Origin: Geosiphon pyriformis uo1
Lineage: Eukaryota; Fungi; Glomeromycota
Length of the DNA: 64,000 bases
Reading direction: 5' to 3'
Assembly (NCBI GenBank): GCA_016748015.1
Contig: JAAOMT010000503.1
Location: 62,001 to 126,000 of the forward strand
Shown piece after piece: positions 1 through 12,200 of this stretch; the first letter of the stretch is position 1, and every line of letters starts with the position of its first letter. Position numbers and translations under genes: made by a program. A model generated the notes under the pieces. The model was given only the letters and a program-made list of their open reading frames with translations, made no database searches and was not told the origin of the DNA.

Positions 1-1352
1 TTTCAATTAAAAAAATTTTTTATCGAGTGGATGGTTTTGGAGGAGCTTCTACTTCCTCAAAGTTTTCTGAGATCATTAGATCCTTTTTTACTTTTGAAAT
101 CAGTTTGAATAAGGCTAGAGAATTGACTGTCAATAGGAAGATTTTAGTTAATGATAATCTGAGAAAAGCAAATATTTGTTTGAATCAGAAGATAATTGTT
201 AAGGAGATTCTGGTTAATCTTTTGAAAGTGGCTGTGGAATCAGTTTTTTCCAAATTTGGCAAGATTATTTCAATCAAAATGCAGCTTATTGGCTTGTGGC
301 AAAAAGCTTTAGTGGAGTTTGATTCATCGGAAATAACTAGCTCAGTTGCGTCTATGTGATCTGTTCTTATGGATAAGGATTTGGTTCATGTGGCATTGGT
401 TGTTGAAGATAAACAAATATGAGTATCAAAGGATCAGCATTGAGCCTTGCTTTATATACTGCCTGTGGGAACCACGGCTCATGATCTTTCTGATTTACTA
501 ATGTCTTATAATAAAAAGACGTGCTTCATTGGTTACAATCCAAATTCATATGTTTGTAATAAGTGTGCAGTTGTTTGTTTTGAAAATAAGGCTGCCAAGT
601 TGGCTGCAACTGGTTCAGTCCCAGTTTTTAGGGGTGTGAATTTGTGCTGGACTGGTCTTTCTTTGGCTTGTTGTGCAATTTGCAAGCATTTTGGTTATGT
701 TGGTGGTGATTGTTTAGTGGGTGAGAATTCTGGCAGTCATAGGAGACGAGTGGTAACTGATTAGGATCGTGTTTGTTTGGCTGGGATTTATAAGAAGAAA
801 TTGGTTTCTGTTGCTCATCTGGTTTCTTTTGGTGGCAAAACATGGACCCAAATTGCTGGTGGCTCTTCCTCTTATGTGGTGTCTTCAGGTCTTCATGGTG
901 CTGATGCATCCTCTGGTGCAAAGGTCCTCTTGATAGATTTTTTTTCTCGTGATGTTTCTGGTCTAAATGACCATTTGGCAGTATTGGAATGCTCCTTAGA
1001 GCTTTTGGCTGATCAAGTCTCTGACATTCTGAAAAGATTGAGTGGTGTTGAGTTGGTGCCATTGGCAGCCTTCTCCCATGTCTTTCCATTGAAGGTTTCT
1101 GCATTTGATGTTCTAATTTCTGGTTTGAATATGGCTGTAGACACTTCATTGCCCTCTTCCAACTCTTCTCATCTGGTTTCTGATGGCCCTATTGCTGAGC
1201 TTGGCCCAAGTAGTTCAAAGATTCTGACCTCTAAGATCAGTGGTCTGGAATCTAAGTTGTTAGCTTTGGAAGCATCAGTTGGTTCTGTGTTGGCAAAATT
1301 GGATCTCTTGTGTTCTGGTTCAGGTTTGGTTGTATCTTCTTCCTCTTAATAA
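1..1352 (+). pseudogene. LINE ORF1 (RRM-like region plus CCHC zinc knuckle), disrupted
   Basis: ORFs 27-359, 447-764 and 777-1349 are in one frame. The knuckle C-AI-C-KHFG-Y-VGGD-C has the His changed to Tyr (CAT>TAT). Confidence 0.85.
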
Positions 1353-4300
1353 TTGAGTTGGTCTGGAAATTTGCTACATGCAACGTTTGGGGTATCAATG
1401 TTCCTGTAAAACAAGCAGATGTTGTTTGCTGACATGTGAATTCTGGGAATATGGTGTTTTTTATTACTGAGACCAAGTTGAGATCTTCTATTGGTTCATG
1501 GATCAAAAATGAATATGATGGTGTTCGTATCTTCATTTCTGGTTTGGAGGTTGGTTTTCTTAGCACTGGTGTTGCCATTATCATGAACAATTCTTTGGCT
1601 TGTTATGTTTCTAAGATTGAGGAGGTGCCTGGCCAGATTGTTGTGGTACGGCTTTTGTTTAAAAACAAGCTTTCGGTTTCTGTTGTTGGTTTGTATGCTG
1701 GTGCCTCTCCCAGTGTCCGTTTTGGTCAGGCTTCTGAGGTTAACTCTTTTATTCCTAAGGCTGCTAATTCTAGCACTTTTGTCATTCTGGGCAGGAACTT
1801 CAATGAAAATAGATCTGGGAGGAGTGCAAGCTTCAAGTTCTGCTCGAGTTTGGGTTTGGTTAATTCGTTCGCTGGTCATTTTTTAGTTGGGGCTCCTACA
1901 TAAAATAATTCTAGAGGGGTTGAGAAAACTATTGATTTCATTTTTGTCAGTGAAAATTTAGCTTCTGCTGTTGCTAACCATGGGTTGAGCTCTGTCTCAG
2001 GCTTCTTCGACACTGATCACAATGCTGTTATGGTTTTAGTCGGATTGGGTGGGCTTTTGGATGTTCATTTAAATAGTTTGCACAAGCATGCTAACAAAAA
2101 TTGTTGGAAGTTTAATATCAAGGATGTGGATGAAGCTAAATGGTCTTGTTTCAGAGACTGCGCCTCTGCTGCAGTTTTAGATATTATGGATAGTTTTAGT
2201 GCTGCTGCTGCTGATTGTGATTTGGACATTATGTGGTTTCTGTTAGAAAAGGTTTTGGTGGATTCTGCAGATGTGACATTTTCCCAGCGTTGGTTTAGTG
2301 AGTTTTATTGTTCAAAAAATAAACAATCTTTTAAATTTCTGGGTTTGGAGTTGCTGATTGTCAAAATTGTCAAAAAATTTGACTCAGCTGATACCTCTAA
2401 TTTTGACTGTTTGGTGAGGAAATGGTCTATGTTGGATGTTGATAAGGCTCTTGTGTTGGTAGACATGGTTGATTTTGGTTGGAAAAAAACCAACATTCTT
2501 AAGTTCTTATTGGTTGTCAGAAGAGAGTACAGGAAATCCAAGATGTATGAATCGAAATTGGCATAGAAGACTGCTATCAGAGAGGCTATTAAGAAGTGCA
2601 TGAAAAAGTTTTGCTCTAACAAGGGCAGCATGATCAGAAGTGTTTTAGATCAGCCATTTTGGAAGGTAGTATTGGATTATTTAGTGGTTGATAATGAGCT
2701 TGTTTTGGAGCCTGAGAAGGTAAAGTTGAAAATTGACAGGATTATGAAGGGTTGGACAAGGAAACAGATGGTGTCTTCAGTGCTGTCTAATCTTTGAGCT
2801 CATCAATATGCCCCTTTGGTCTATGTCAGGGATGATGCTTTTTCTGGTGTTATGGATACTGTTAGTTTAAGTGAGTTGCTCCTGGTCATTGGCAGTCTTC
2901 TTGATGACAAAGCTGCTGGGTTATCTGGCATTACTAATGAACTTTGAAAGCATGGTGGTGAAAAGATAATGGAATGCCTCTTGGTGTTGTTGAATGTGTG
3001 TCTGTCTGTTGGTTCTGTGTCTGCTTTGTGGAAGAGAGCTTGGGTTTTAATGATTTTGAAACCTTATGATTGGGATGAGGTTCTAACAAATACTCATTCT
3101 ATTGCCTTGATCGAAATGGCCAGAAAAATTCTTTCCAAGATTCTTTTGGACAGGATTTTGTTTGTGTGCAGCAAGTTTAACATTCTCCATAGTGACAATT
3201 TTTCAGTGCTAAAGGGTACTTCCACTCAATCTCCTGTGTTTGCTGTTGAATCAGTGGTGGAGAATACTCTTGAAAAAAATAGGAAACTTTGGTTAGTGTT
3301 GCAGGATATGCACAAAACATATGATTCTGTTGGTTGGCACTACTTGAGAACTAGCCTGCGTTGTATCAAGATGTGTGACAGATTTGTTGAATTTTTTGGT
3401 GGGATTCATGAGAACAGGGTTAATAGAATGATGACTGATTTTGGTCTCTTAAATAGTTACAGGGTACATGATGACCTTGATCAAGGTGAGGTCTTTTCGC
3501 CTCTTTTTTGGTATATCTTCTATGACCTGCTCTTGTGTGAGGTTAAAAGACATGAACATTTGTGTGGATATCATATTAATACAAAGTTTGTGGCGAAAAC
3601 TGGCAGGATCAAAAATAATGGTGGGATGTTTTCATTCTTTGCTGCTGGTGCTTTTGTGGATAATACAATTTGGGTTAGAGATTGCCAATCTTCCATGCAG
3701 TATGCTTTGAATATTGCTAGTGATTTCTTCTCTATCAATGACATCTCTATAAACAATAAAAAAATGGTGGCTATACTAATTAATTAGGGTGTTAGATTTG
3801 CTTCTTTGAGTATAAGTGATCAGCTAATCTCTATCACCAAGAAGGGCAAAGCTCACAGATATTTGGGTATTTTTTTATTAACTGAAGGGTTTTCTAAACC
3901 AAGTTTGGCCAAGGCTCACTCAGATGTTTGTTTTTTTGTCCACACAGTGCTAAGGAAAACAATTACGGATAAGCAATTTCTTATTTGGTCTTGGCTGTTT
4001 TACAGCCCATTGTTAGTTACCAAACACAGTTCAGTTTTGTTTCATCTGGTGTTTGCTGCAAGTGAGATGTTTTGGTTAAGAAGGGCTTCAAGTCCAAGGC
4101 ATATTTACCCTGTGATTTCCCTGATATTGCTCTGTATCACTCTTCTCTATATGGCTTAAAGTTTTTTAAGCAAGTGCAATCTGAGGCAAAAGTGGCCTCT
4201 TTGATTTCCTTTTTTAATGACCCTAGCATCCTTGGTTGCTTGTTTAAACATAGGTGTTTGGACTTGCAGGTCTAGGGGTAGGCTCCCTTAAATCCTCTTC

Positions 4301-6028
4301 AAGCTCCTGTCAAGCTGCGTGTTAGTCCAGTGAACAATTTTTTGGTGAGTGTAATGAAGATTTTTTTGAACAATAGTCTCTCTTTGGTGAACAACCTCCT
4401 TAATGCATTTCATCATCCTGGTTGTTTTCCAATGTCTTTGATTCTTGGGGAGTCTTTGTACTTTGATTCTGTTCGGTCTCTTAAATGTTATAATGTTGCT
4501 TTTGGAGATTGGATCTTCGATAAAAAGAGTGTTCTGTTGGATTGAAAGACTTTTTGTCATTGGAAATGGTTAGATCTATGGGGCCCAGTGTCTCTTTGAT
4601 TTGTGGCTGCTTCTAAGTATTTGCTGAATAAGAGTTTCTTCTCTTTTGGTTCTTCTGGCACTGCTTATTCTTGTGGTTTGAACATTTTGGAGTCTGATGT
4701 GTTTTCCTCTGTGTGGGATGGTTTACATGGGGTCTGGTCTGGCTGTTTTGAAATTTACACAGACAGGTCTTTGATGAGTGCTGGTTCTGCTGATGTGTCG
4801 AGTAGTGCTGCTGCATATTTTCTGGCTTTGAATTTGAGCATTGGTGTCAGAATTTGTGGCCTCTTATTTTCTACTATGGCTGAGTTGTAGGCTGTCGCTC
4901 TTACTTTGGAATGTGTTCCATCCTCTTGTTCAGTGTTCTTGTTTCTTGACAGTCAAGCTGCTATTGATGCGTGTGTCTCTGAGTTGTCATCTGGGGTTCC
5001 AGATTTCTGCAACTGCTGTTGGGTCAAGTATAAGCATGTTTTTAATTTGATTAAGGATAAGGATCTTAGTGTGAGTTGGGCCAAGATCAAGGGCTATGCT
5101 GGTGTTTCTAGTAATATAAAAGCTGACAGATTTGTGGATGAGGCTGCTGGCTCTTTTTATGTTTTACCAGTAAGGGTCTGTGAATGTTTTTTGGTGGCTG
5201 AAGACACTGTGGTTTCAGGCAATGCTTGTCACTTCATCAGGAATTTATTTAGGTCTGTTTGTCATGCTCGTTGAGAAGCTGGTCCAGGCCATAATGTGGT
5301 TTTTGTTGAAATGTTGAGGAATTTTGATTGGGTTGCTTCTGTGAGGGTCTGGCATTCTGACTCACACTTGCTTGCTGGGTTTACCAGCCAAAAATCAGTG
5401 GATCTTTATATGTATTTGATGAAAGCTTTGCATAGGAGGTTGCTGGAAAAGATTGTATGATAGATGTTATCTAAGTGTTCAATGCTTGTTGTATGGGAAG
5501 GTGGAATTGCCTGACCATGTTTTCTTTTGTCCACAAGATGCTCACACTTGTGAGAAGATTCTATTAGAGGCTTCTGCACATTGGGTTTCTCTGATTGGCG
5601 TTTGCGATCTGTCTTCTTTTTTTGTTCTTCTGAATCTTAATTCTTGCCTTTTGAATGTTGGCAGATATTCGGTTTTATGTAAGGGATTTGTGATGAAAAA
5701 TTGGTGTGCTAAAGTGGCTGGTGTTTTTGATGATGTTAAGAAAGCTTCTTGTGTAGTTGTTGATTTTGTAAGGTTCTTGGTTGAGTTGTATTGTTCTAGG
5801 GTGTAGTTAATTAGATTTAAGTTTAGGTCAGATATGGAGAGAGCTGGCTTGGTCAGTGACAATAACTTGATATTGGATTTATCACATGATATGTCTTTTG
5901 TGCTTTTTGACAGTGTGATTAGGTTGCTTGGCATTGCTGAGTCTTTTGCTATAGGTTTTGGTTGTCACAGGCCTTGCCTTTTTTTTTCGGGTTTGGATGG
6001 TAGTCCTTGTATTTGTGTTAGTGCATAG
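1349..6028 (+). pseudogene. LINE ORF2 (APE endonuclease, reverse transcriptase, RNase H, zinc finger), disrupted
   Basis: APE motifs ATCNVWGIN, ITETKL and IDFIFVS...TDH. RT motifs LQDMHKTYDSV, DQGEVFSP, AFVDN and YLG. RNase H motifs YTDRS, AEL, LDSQAAI and KGYAGVSSNIKAD. C-terminal CLLYGKVELPDHVFFC. Confidence 0.93.
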
Positions 6029-6619
6029 TGTTGCCTTGTTTGGCCTAAGTGGCTAGCCACATGTAGGAAGTGCGTGAGTCGTATTTAGTTTGAGCCACTT
6101 AGTCTGGCTCTATGTACTAGATAGTGGTTGGGCTTCACTCATTAAACAGTTAAAAAAAAAATTAAATATAAATAAATTAGTTTAGTATATTTAAAAATTA
6201 ATATAGTTTTAGCAAATTATATTTTAATATTAAAATTTTTATACAAAATAATATATATAAAAAATTGTAAAACCAAAAATAATAAAAACAAAATATTAAT
6301 AAATAAAATTCAAAATTTAGCTAAATTTATTAACAATTTATGTAAATTATTATATTTAATTTGTATATAAAAATGTAATTTGAATTTTTATTTTTTTATA
6401 ATAAAAACAAAAAACTTTAAAATATTGTTTATTATATAAATATTAAATAACAATAAATAATTATTTATAAATTATTTTTACCAAATAAGTATATAAACTA
6501 ATTATAAATTGCTAATAAAACTTACATAAAAATTAAAATATAAAATTAAAAATATATAATTTTAAGTTTAATTTTTATTAAATATAATACACTATTTTTA
6601 TTTTTATTTTATAATTATT

Positions 6620-8150
6620 TTATGAATAAAGTTTAATTACTACCTAGTACATAGAATCAAATTATATAGTTTAAATTAAATATAATTTACATTTTTACTA
6701 TATATAATTAGCTATTTAGATTAAATAAAACTATACTATATATTTATATAAATTTTGACTTTATTACTCAATTTTGAAAAAAAAAGCACAATATGTATTT
6801 ATTAAAATTAACTACAAAAGACTTAATTATATCTAACATATATATTATACTATTTAAAAATTCAGTCATTATTATATATGACAATTCAAATACTAAATTA
6901 TTATCTTTAATTAAACTGGTTTTTTTTATATTTGCTCTGTGCTTTAATCTAATAAACTAAATTTTTAAATAATATAATTCAACCAGATACTTCACAAAAT
7001 CTACAATAATCAAAACAGTTTTTTTTCTATCTTTTAAAATTTTAGCCATTTTTAAAACTATTTTTTTAGCACAAAACTTTTAAAAACTGTAGTATATAGG
7101 CCCAAATCCAATAAATATCAAGAAACAGTACACAAAACAGCAGAAAATAAATAAGTACAAATACTTATCAATAATATTTACAGTTTCAAAAAAATTTTTG
7201 ATATTTTTTCATACATATTAGTGTTTTTTAAACAAGTAAACACATAATTTAACAGCTTTACTTTATTACACAATAAACACAAAACACTTGAATAAATTCT
7301 ATTATATAATTTTTTTCCAATTATAATTAAGAATTTTTTGTATATAATTTTTATTAAATACATATGCAAATTAGCTGTTTTTTTACTTATAAATTTAAAT
7401 AACATATGTAAGTCAAGATACTAAATTTGTATAATTAGCAATTAGTCTATATTTTATATTAACAAGCAAAAAATTATATTACAATTAGAACTAGCTTTTT
7501 AATAAATATAGCAAACAGATTTGTATATATTTTAAACAAAATAATAAATATTATTAGACATTACTATATTTTTAACCATAATAAAATATTTATGTATTTT
7601 ACTTAACAAAAATAAAAAAAAAGTGGTCTTACTTACTAACAAATTTATTCTATTATTGTCCAGAATTTCTGAATAATTCTTAACATTTATCTACTTAACT
7701 AAGAAATTCTTATTCTTAATTAAATTTACAACATGTTTTTTTTAATTTAACACTAATCCTAAAAGTCAGATATAATAAAGTTGAATTCAGAAATACATTT
7801 TAAAAACAGAGTAATAGCTTGTAATTTAACCAATATAGAGAACAAAAGTTTTTAAATTTCAATACTTATATCTATATTAATAACTGAAAAATAAGCAATG
7901 ACTTTACAAACAACTTTAACAAAATTCATATTTTTTAAAAACTTATTAATATATATTTTAATATTATTTAACCAAACTTTATGTAATCTTTCTTACATAT
8001 TAACAAAATTTTCAGAATTTAAAACACTTAAACATGTGGATTACTGATTTAATTACAACTAATATTATTTAATACATATTACAAACAAAATTATTATTAT
8101 TATTTAAAATAGTATATTATTAATTTAAAAATATCTTTTACAAATTGAAA
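6620..8150 (-). mobile_element. Heavily mutated 3' part of the same LINE family, tail-to-tail with the first copy
   Basis: The reverse complement of 6620-6750 aligns to 3' UTR 6025-6150 almost only by C>T/G>A changes. ORF 7178-7405 (LYNRIYSSVLCLLCNKVKLLNYVFTC) matches LYDRCYLSVQCLLYGKVELPDHVFFC. The 5' boundary is approximate. Confidence 0.88.
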
Positions 8151-8699
8151 CAAAAAAATATAAAAATAAATAAGTAGTTATATTAGCCAAATTATTAACA
8201 ATAAATTTATTAATAATTTTTAATTTTAGACCAAATAACTAAAATGTTTTTTTTATAAATAAAATTAACAATCTATTTTTTTAATTTAATAATAATTATA
8301 AAAATTCAATAATCTCAAATCAAATTTAAAAATATAAATAATTTTATAAAAAAAAACATAACTAAAATATTTAATTAATTAAAACACTATTATTAAAATC
8401 CAATTTTTAACAATATAATACTTTTTAGTATTTAATTAATATTATAATAAAAACAAAATTAAGTAATAAAATCAACAGTTTATTTAATAAAGTAAAACAT
8501 AATATAAAATATTAATTAAACATATTAAAAAACCAAAAAGTAATAGAAAATTTAAAAAAGTAATAAGGAATATATATATACTTTAAATATTAATAAGAAG
8601 TATTTAAAGCTTAAAAAAAAGAAAAAAAAGAAATATAAGAAAAAAATAACTAATTGCTTACTATAAAGCTATAAAAAAAAGTTAATTAGTATAAAACTA

Positions 8700-9175
8700 A
8701 TATTTTTTTTAATAAGTTATTTATAAAAATATTAATAATAAATAAATTTGTTTTTATTAAATCATTTTTTAATTACAGAAAAACCATATAAATTATGTAT
8801 ACCTTAACTTATTTTAAAGAAATTTAATAACAATATTAAATTATTAAGATATAAATTCTTTTGAATTTAGTCTTTTTTAATAATAAAAAGTTTTTTAATT
8901 AAAATTTTAATCATATTTATTAAGCAAATATTTACTAAAAATTACATCAAATTTTTAAAAAAATTAATTACTTTATATATAATAATATATTTAAAATGTT
9001 TAATATAGAAAAACCACTTACAAAACAAAATAATATAAACAAAAAATTTATAAAAATAACATTATAATTCAATAAAATTATGATTATATTAACCAAAAAA
9101 TTGTTAATTAAATTGACTTTTAACTTAATAAAAAACTATAATGAATTTTTAAAAGTCTAATTTGCAATTTACAAA
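8700..9175 (+). repeat. Unclassified decayed dispersed repeat; related copy on the opposite strand at about 12290-12800
   Basis: 9085-9160 (atattaaccaaaaaattgttaattaaattgacttttaacttaataaaaaac) matches the reverse complement of about 12315-12390. Family not identifiable. Confidence 0.6.
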
Positions 9176-9894
9176 TTTAAAAATTAGTAATTAAAAAGCT
9201 AATTAATAATATTAAACTATTTAAAAAAACCAGCAATAATGTAATTTTACTTTTATTTTAAATTTGCTTAAAGAATTAAAGAATTATATTTATTTTTAAC
9301 ACATATTTTTAAAAATAAAAATAAATTAAAATCTGTAATTAAAAATTAGATATAATAACAAAAACCAAATACAAAATTTGTTTATTTAAAATATTTTTTT
9401 TTAAGATTATATTAATAAAAATTTGATATTAAAATAAGTATTGATTAAACTAAGCTTAAAAAAAATTATATATTAATAAAAAAATGTTTAGTTATCTGTA
9501 TAACTTTTTTTTGGCAATTACAATAAATAATTTATAGCCAAAAATAATATAAAATTTGTATTTAATCTATTTTGGTTATAAATTTAATATTAATATAATA
9601 TTTACAGAATTGTTTATATTTCTTAATTTTATATAATAAAAGTTATAAAAATTTGTTATAACAAAGAAAAAAAACTTTATTTTAATTCAAACTATTATGT
9701 ATTTTATATTTGTAAGTTTAAAATTTGTTATAATATAGTTAATAAATATTATTAAAAACTTATCAAACTTATTACATATCTTAATTTTTTATAAATTTTT
9801 TATTATATAAAACTAATTAACCAAATTATATGTTTTATATATATCTTATAAAACCAATTATAGTTTATGATTTTTTTTAAAATATCTTTATAAA

Positions 9895-10130
9895 TTTTTT
9901 AATATTTAGTTTAGGTTAATTTAAATTCCATTGAATTATTAAATTAAATTAAACTTAAACTGAATTTAAAATCATTGAATTAAACTAAACTCAAATTCAA
10001 ACAACAAATTTAATTCAAGTTTAGTTTAAAGTTTATAAATATATTTAGGTTTAATTATTAAAAATTATGTTATATTATTAACTAATTTTTTTTAATAATT
10101 TTTGTATTTATAATTAAAAACACTAGTATT
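9895..10130 (-). mobile_element. End fragment of the hAT-like non-autonomous element also found at 35047-36111
   Basis: 10018-10125 is the reverse complement of about 35852-35960. It carries the same decayed short subterminal repeats. Confidence 0.7.
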
Positions 10131-11084
10131 ATAATTGTATTTATTTTAAAATAATATTTAATTAAATTTTTTATTGTTATTTTAGCTATTATAATAAGTA
10201 ATAAATCTAATATTAAATATGATAAAATAAATAAATAAATACAATTAAAATTATAATGCTTTACTAAATTTATTATTATTAACTGTATTTTTAACATAAT
10301 TAAAAATAATATTAAAAAAAAAATAATCAAAAAAACAGTATTATTTAAACTAATTAATATTTTGATTATAATATTTTTAAATAATTCGAAAAATTTAGCA
10401 ATTTTATTAAAAACAACTCAATAATTGTATAAAATAACATATTAATAAAATTAATATAAGTACTAATAAAAGTATTAAATATTTATAAATTTATAATTGG
10501 AATTTTTGTATTTAAAATATATAAAATCAGAAATAAAAACTTGCTAATTTAAAAATAATTCATTTTTAATTATATTATAAGTAAAATTCTATTAGATAAG
10601 ATAATTTAAAATGAATTTATGATATTTAATTTGACATGTATTACAAATGTATTCAAAAATATTAAAATATTAAAATTACAAAGTTAACTTTTCTAATTTT
10701 AAATTATAGAAAGTTTATATTAAAAAAATTTTAAGTAAATTATATTTGGTTTAAATTTTTAACAAATATTTTAAAAACATTATTTTTTTTTATCTAAAAC
10801 TATTTGTACTGTTAAGTTAAAAATATAATTAAAACATTAAAATTAAAAATGTTTTGAATTTTGTTAAATGTTTTTTTCTTTTAATTTTCTTTTTAACTTT
10901 TTATAAAAGTATTATTATTTATAATATTATCTAAGATAATAGCAAAAAACTGTTAAAAAAAATTAGTTTAATAACTAATAAAATTAATAATAAAATTATA
11001 TAAAAAAAATAAGTATAACTCTTTTTTAAACTGTTTTTTTAATTTTTTTGAATAAAAATTTAGCTTAAAACAATAATAAAAATA

Positions 11085-11850
11085 ACTTATACTTATTTTA
11101 TAAAAGTGATTTATAAAAAGTTGTCTGTTGTGGTTAAAAAAAAACTTTATAACAAAAAATACTCAAAAGTTTTGTGTTTATAATGTAAAAAGATTAAATT
11201 TTCTAATTATGTATTTATTTATATAGATAAAACTAATATTTACAAACAGATAATACTTAATTATATTGTAATATAAAAGTCTTTAATAAAACTTTGTGGT
11301 TTGTTATTTTCTGTAATAGTGGAGTTTTTTTTTATATTTCTTAAATATAGATTGTATGTACTGCTTTATAAGAACTTTATACTTAATAATTAGTATTGTA
11401 AACTATATAAGTATTTAATAATCAAAAAAAAGTTATTTAGGTATTAATTAATTTTGTGTATAAGTTGGGTAAGCATTATTATTTTGAATTATAAAAGCTT
11501 AAATCTAGATACAAAGTTAATATAAAGAAATATAATTTAGTTAATAATAATAAGATAATATCTAATGTGTTTTATATTTTAGTATTAAGTTTATTAGATA
11601 GAATAGTCAAAATAATTGGTCTTAATAAATTATTTGGTGTTAATTTTGGTTTTTATAAGTCTTGTTTGTTTTTTTAGTTCTAAATAATAAGATTTCTATT
11701 TACATAAGAATATAATATTATCTTAATTGGTTTAAGTAACTAGTCATATATAGAAAAAGTGTAAATTATGTCTAATTAGAACTTCTAATTTTGGTTTTGT
11801 ATATTAAATAGTAATTGAACTATACTTATTAAACTTAATAATAATAAAAA
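11085..11850 (+). mobile_element. 5'-truncated, mutated LINE 3' end
   Basis: Relic of the MKxxHRRLPVAVRKRLY...CLxC region at about 11100-11220. The family 3' UTR at about 11710-11840 ends in an A-rich tail. Confidence 0.8.
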
Positions 11851-11889
11851 TTAATTATTAATAATCTGCTAATCTTAATTATTAAAAAA

Positions 11890-12200
11890 AATATTATTAT
11901 TATTTAAGTATTTATTTGTTTACAAAAAGTATTTAAACCAAGCTTAATTAAAATACATATTAATATTTGGTTATTTTTTTAATATAATGCTTAAAAAAAC
12001 TGTATTAAATAAATAATTTTTGTATTTAATCTTAATTTTACAGTTTATTTTTAGTTATTAAACTTAATTTAGTTTTGTTTTACAAAGTATATGCCAAAGT
12101 AAAATGGTTTGATTAGAAAAAATTTAAAGTTTAAGATTAATTTACTTAAAAATTTTTTCAATAAAGTTTTGTATTATCTTTTATTATATAATATAAAATC
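11890..12200 (+). mobile_element. LINE ORF2 fragment (post-RT YLG...KPSLAKAH...KQF region)
   Basis: Aligns to about 3855-4150 of the first LINE after allowing transitions. Confidence 0.65.

Larger units (their letters stand above)
1..6161 (+). mobile_element. Non-LTR retrotransposon (LINE, APE-RT-RNase H type), moderately mutated, 5' end cut by the window edge, ending in a poly(A) tail
   Basis: ORF1 fragments are followed by ORF2 fragments in the order endonuclease, RT, RNase H, C-terminal Cys/His motif. The 3' UTR is 6029-6151 and the A-run is 6152-6161. Many premature stops. Confidence 0.95.

Noticed and set aside
628-5934. Minus-strand and alternative-frame ORFs over the LINE
   Set aside because: Shadows of ORF1/ORF2 with no recognisable motifs.
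10082-10330. Small hydrophobic ORFs in AT-rich blocks (also 60600-60846, 62645-62863, 63162-63422)
   Set aside because: Compositional ORFs within decayed repeats or LTRs.
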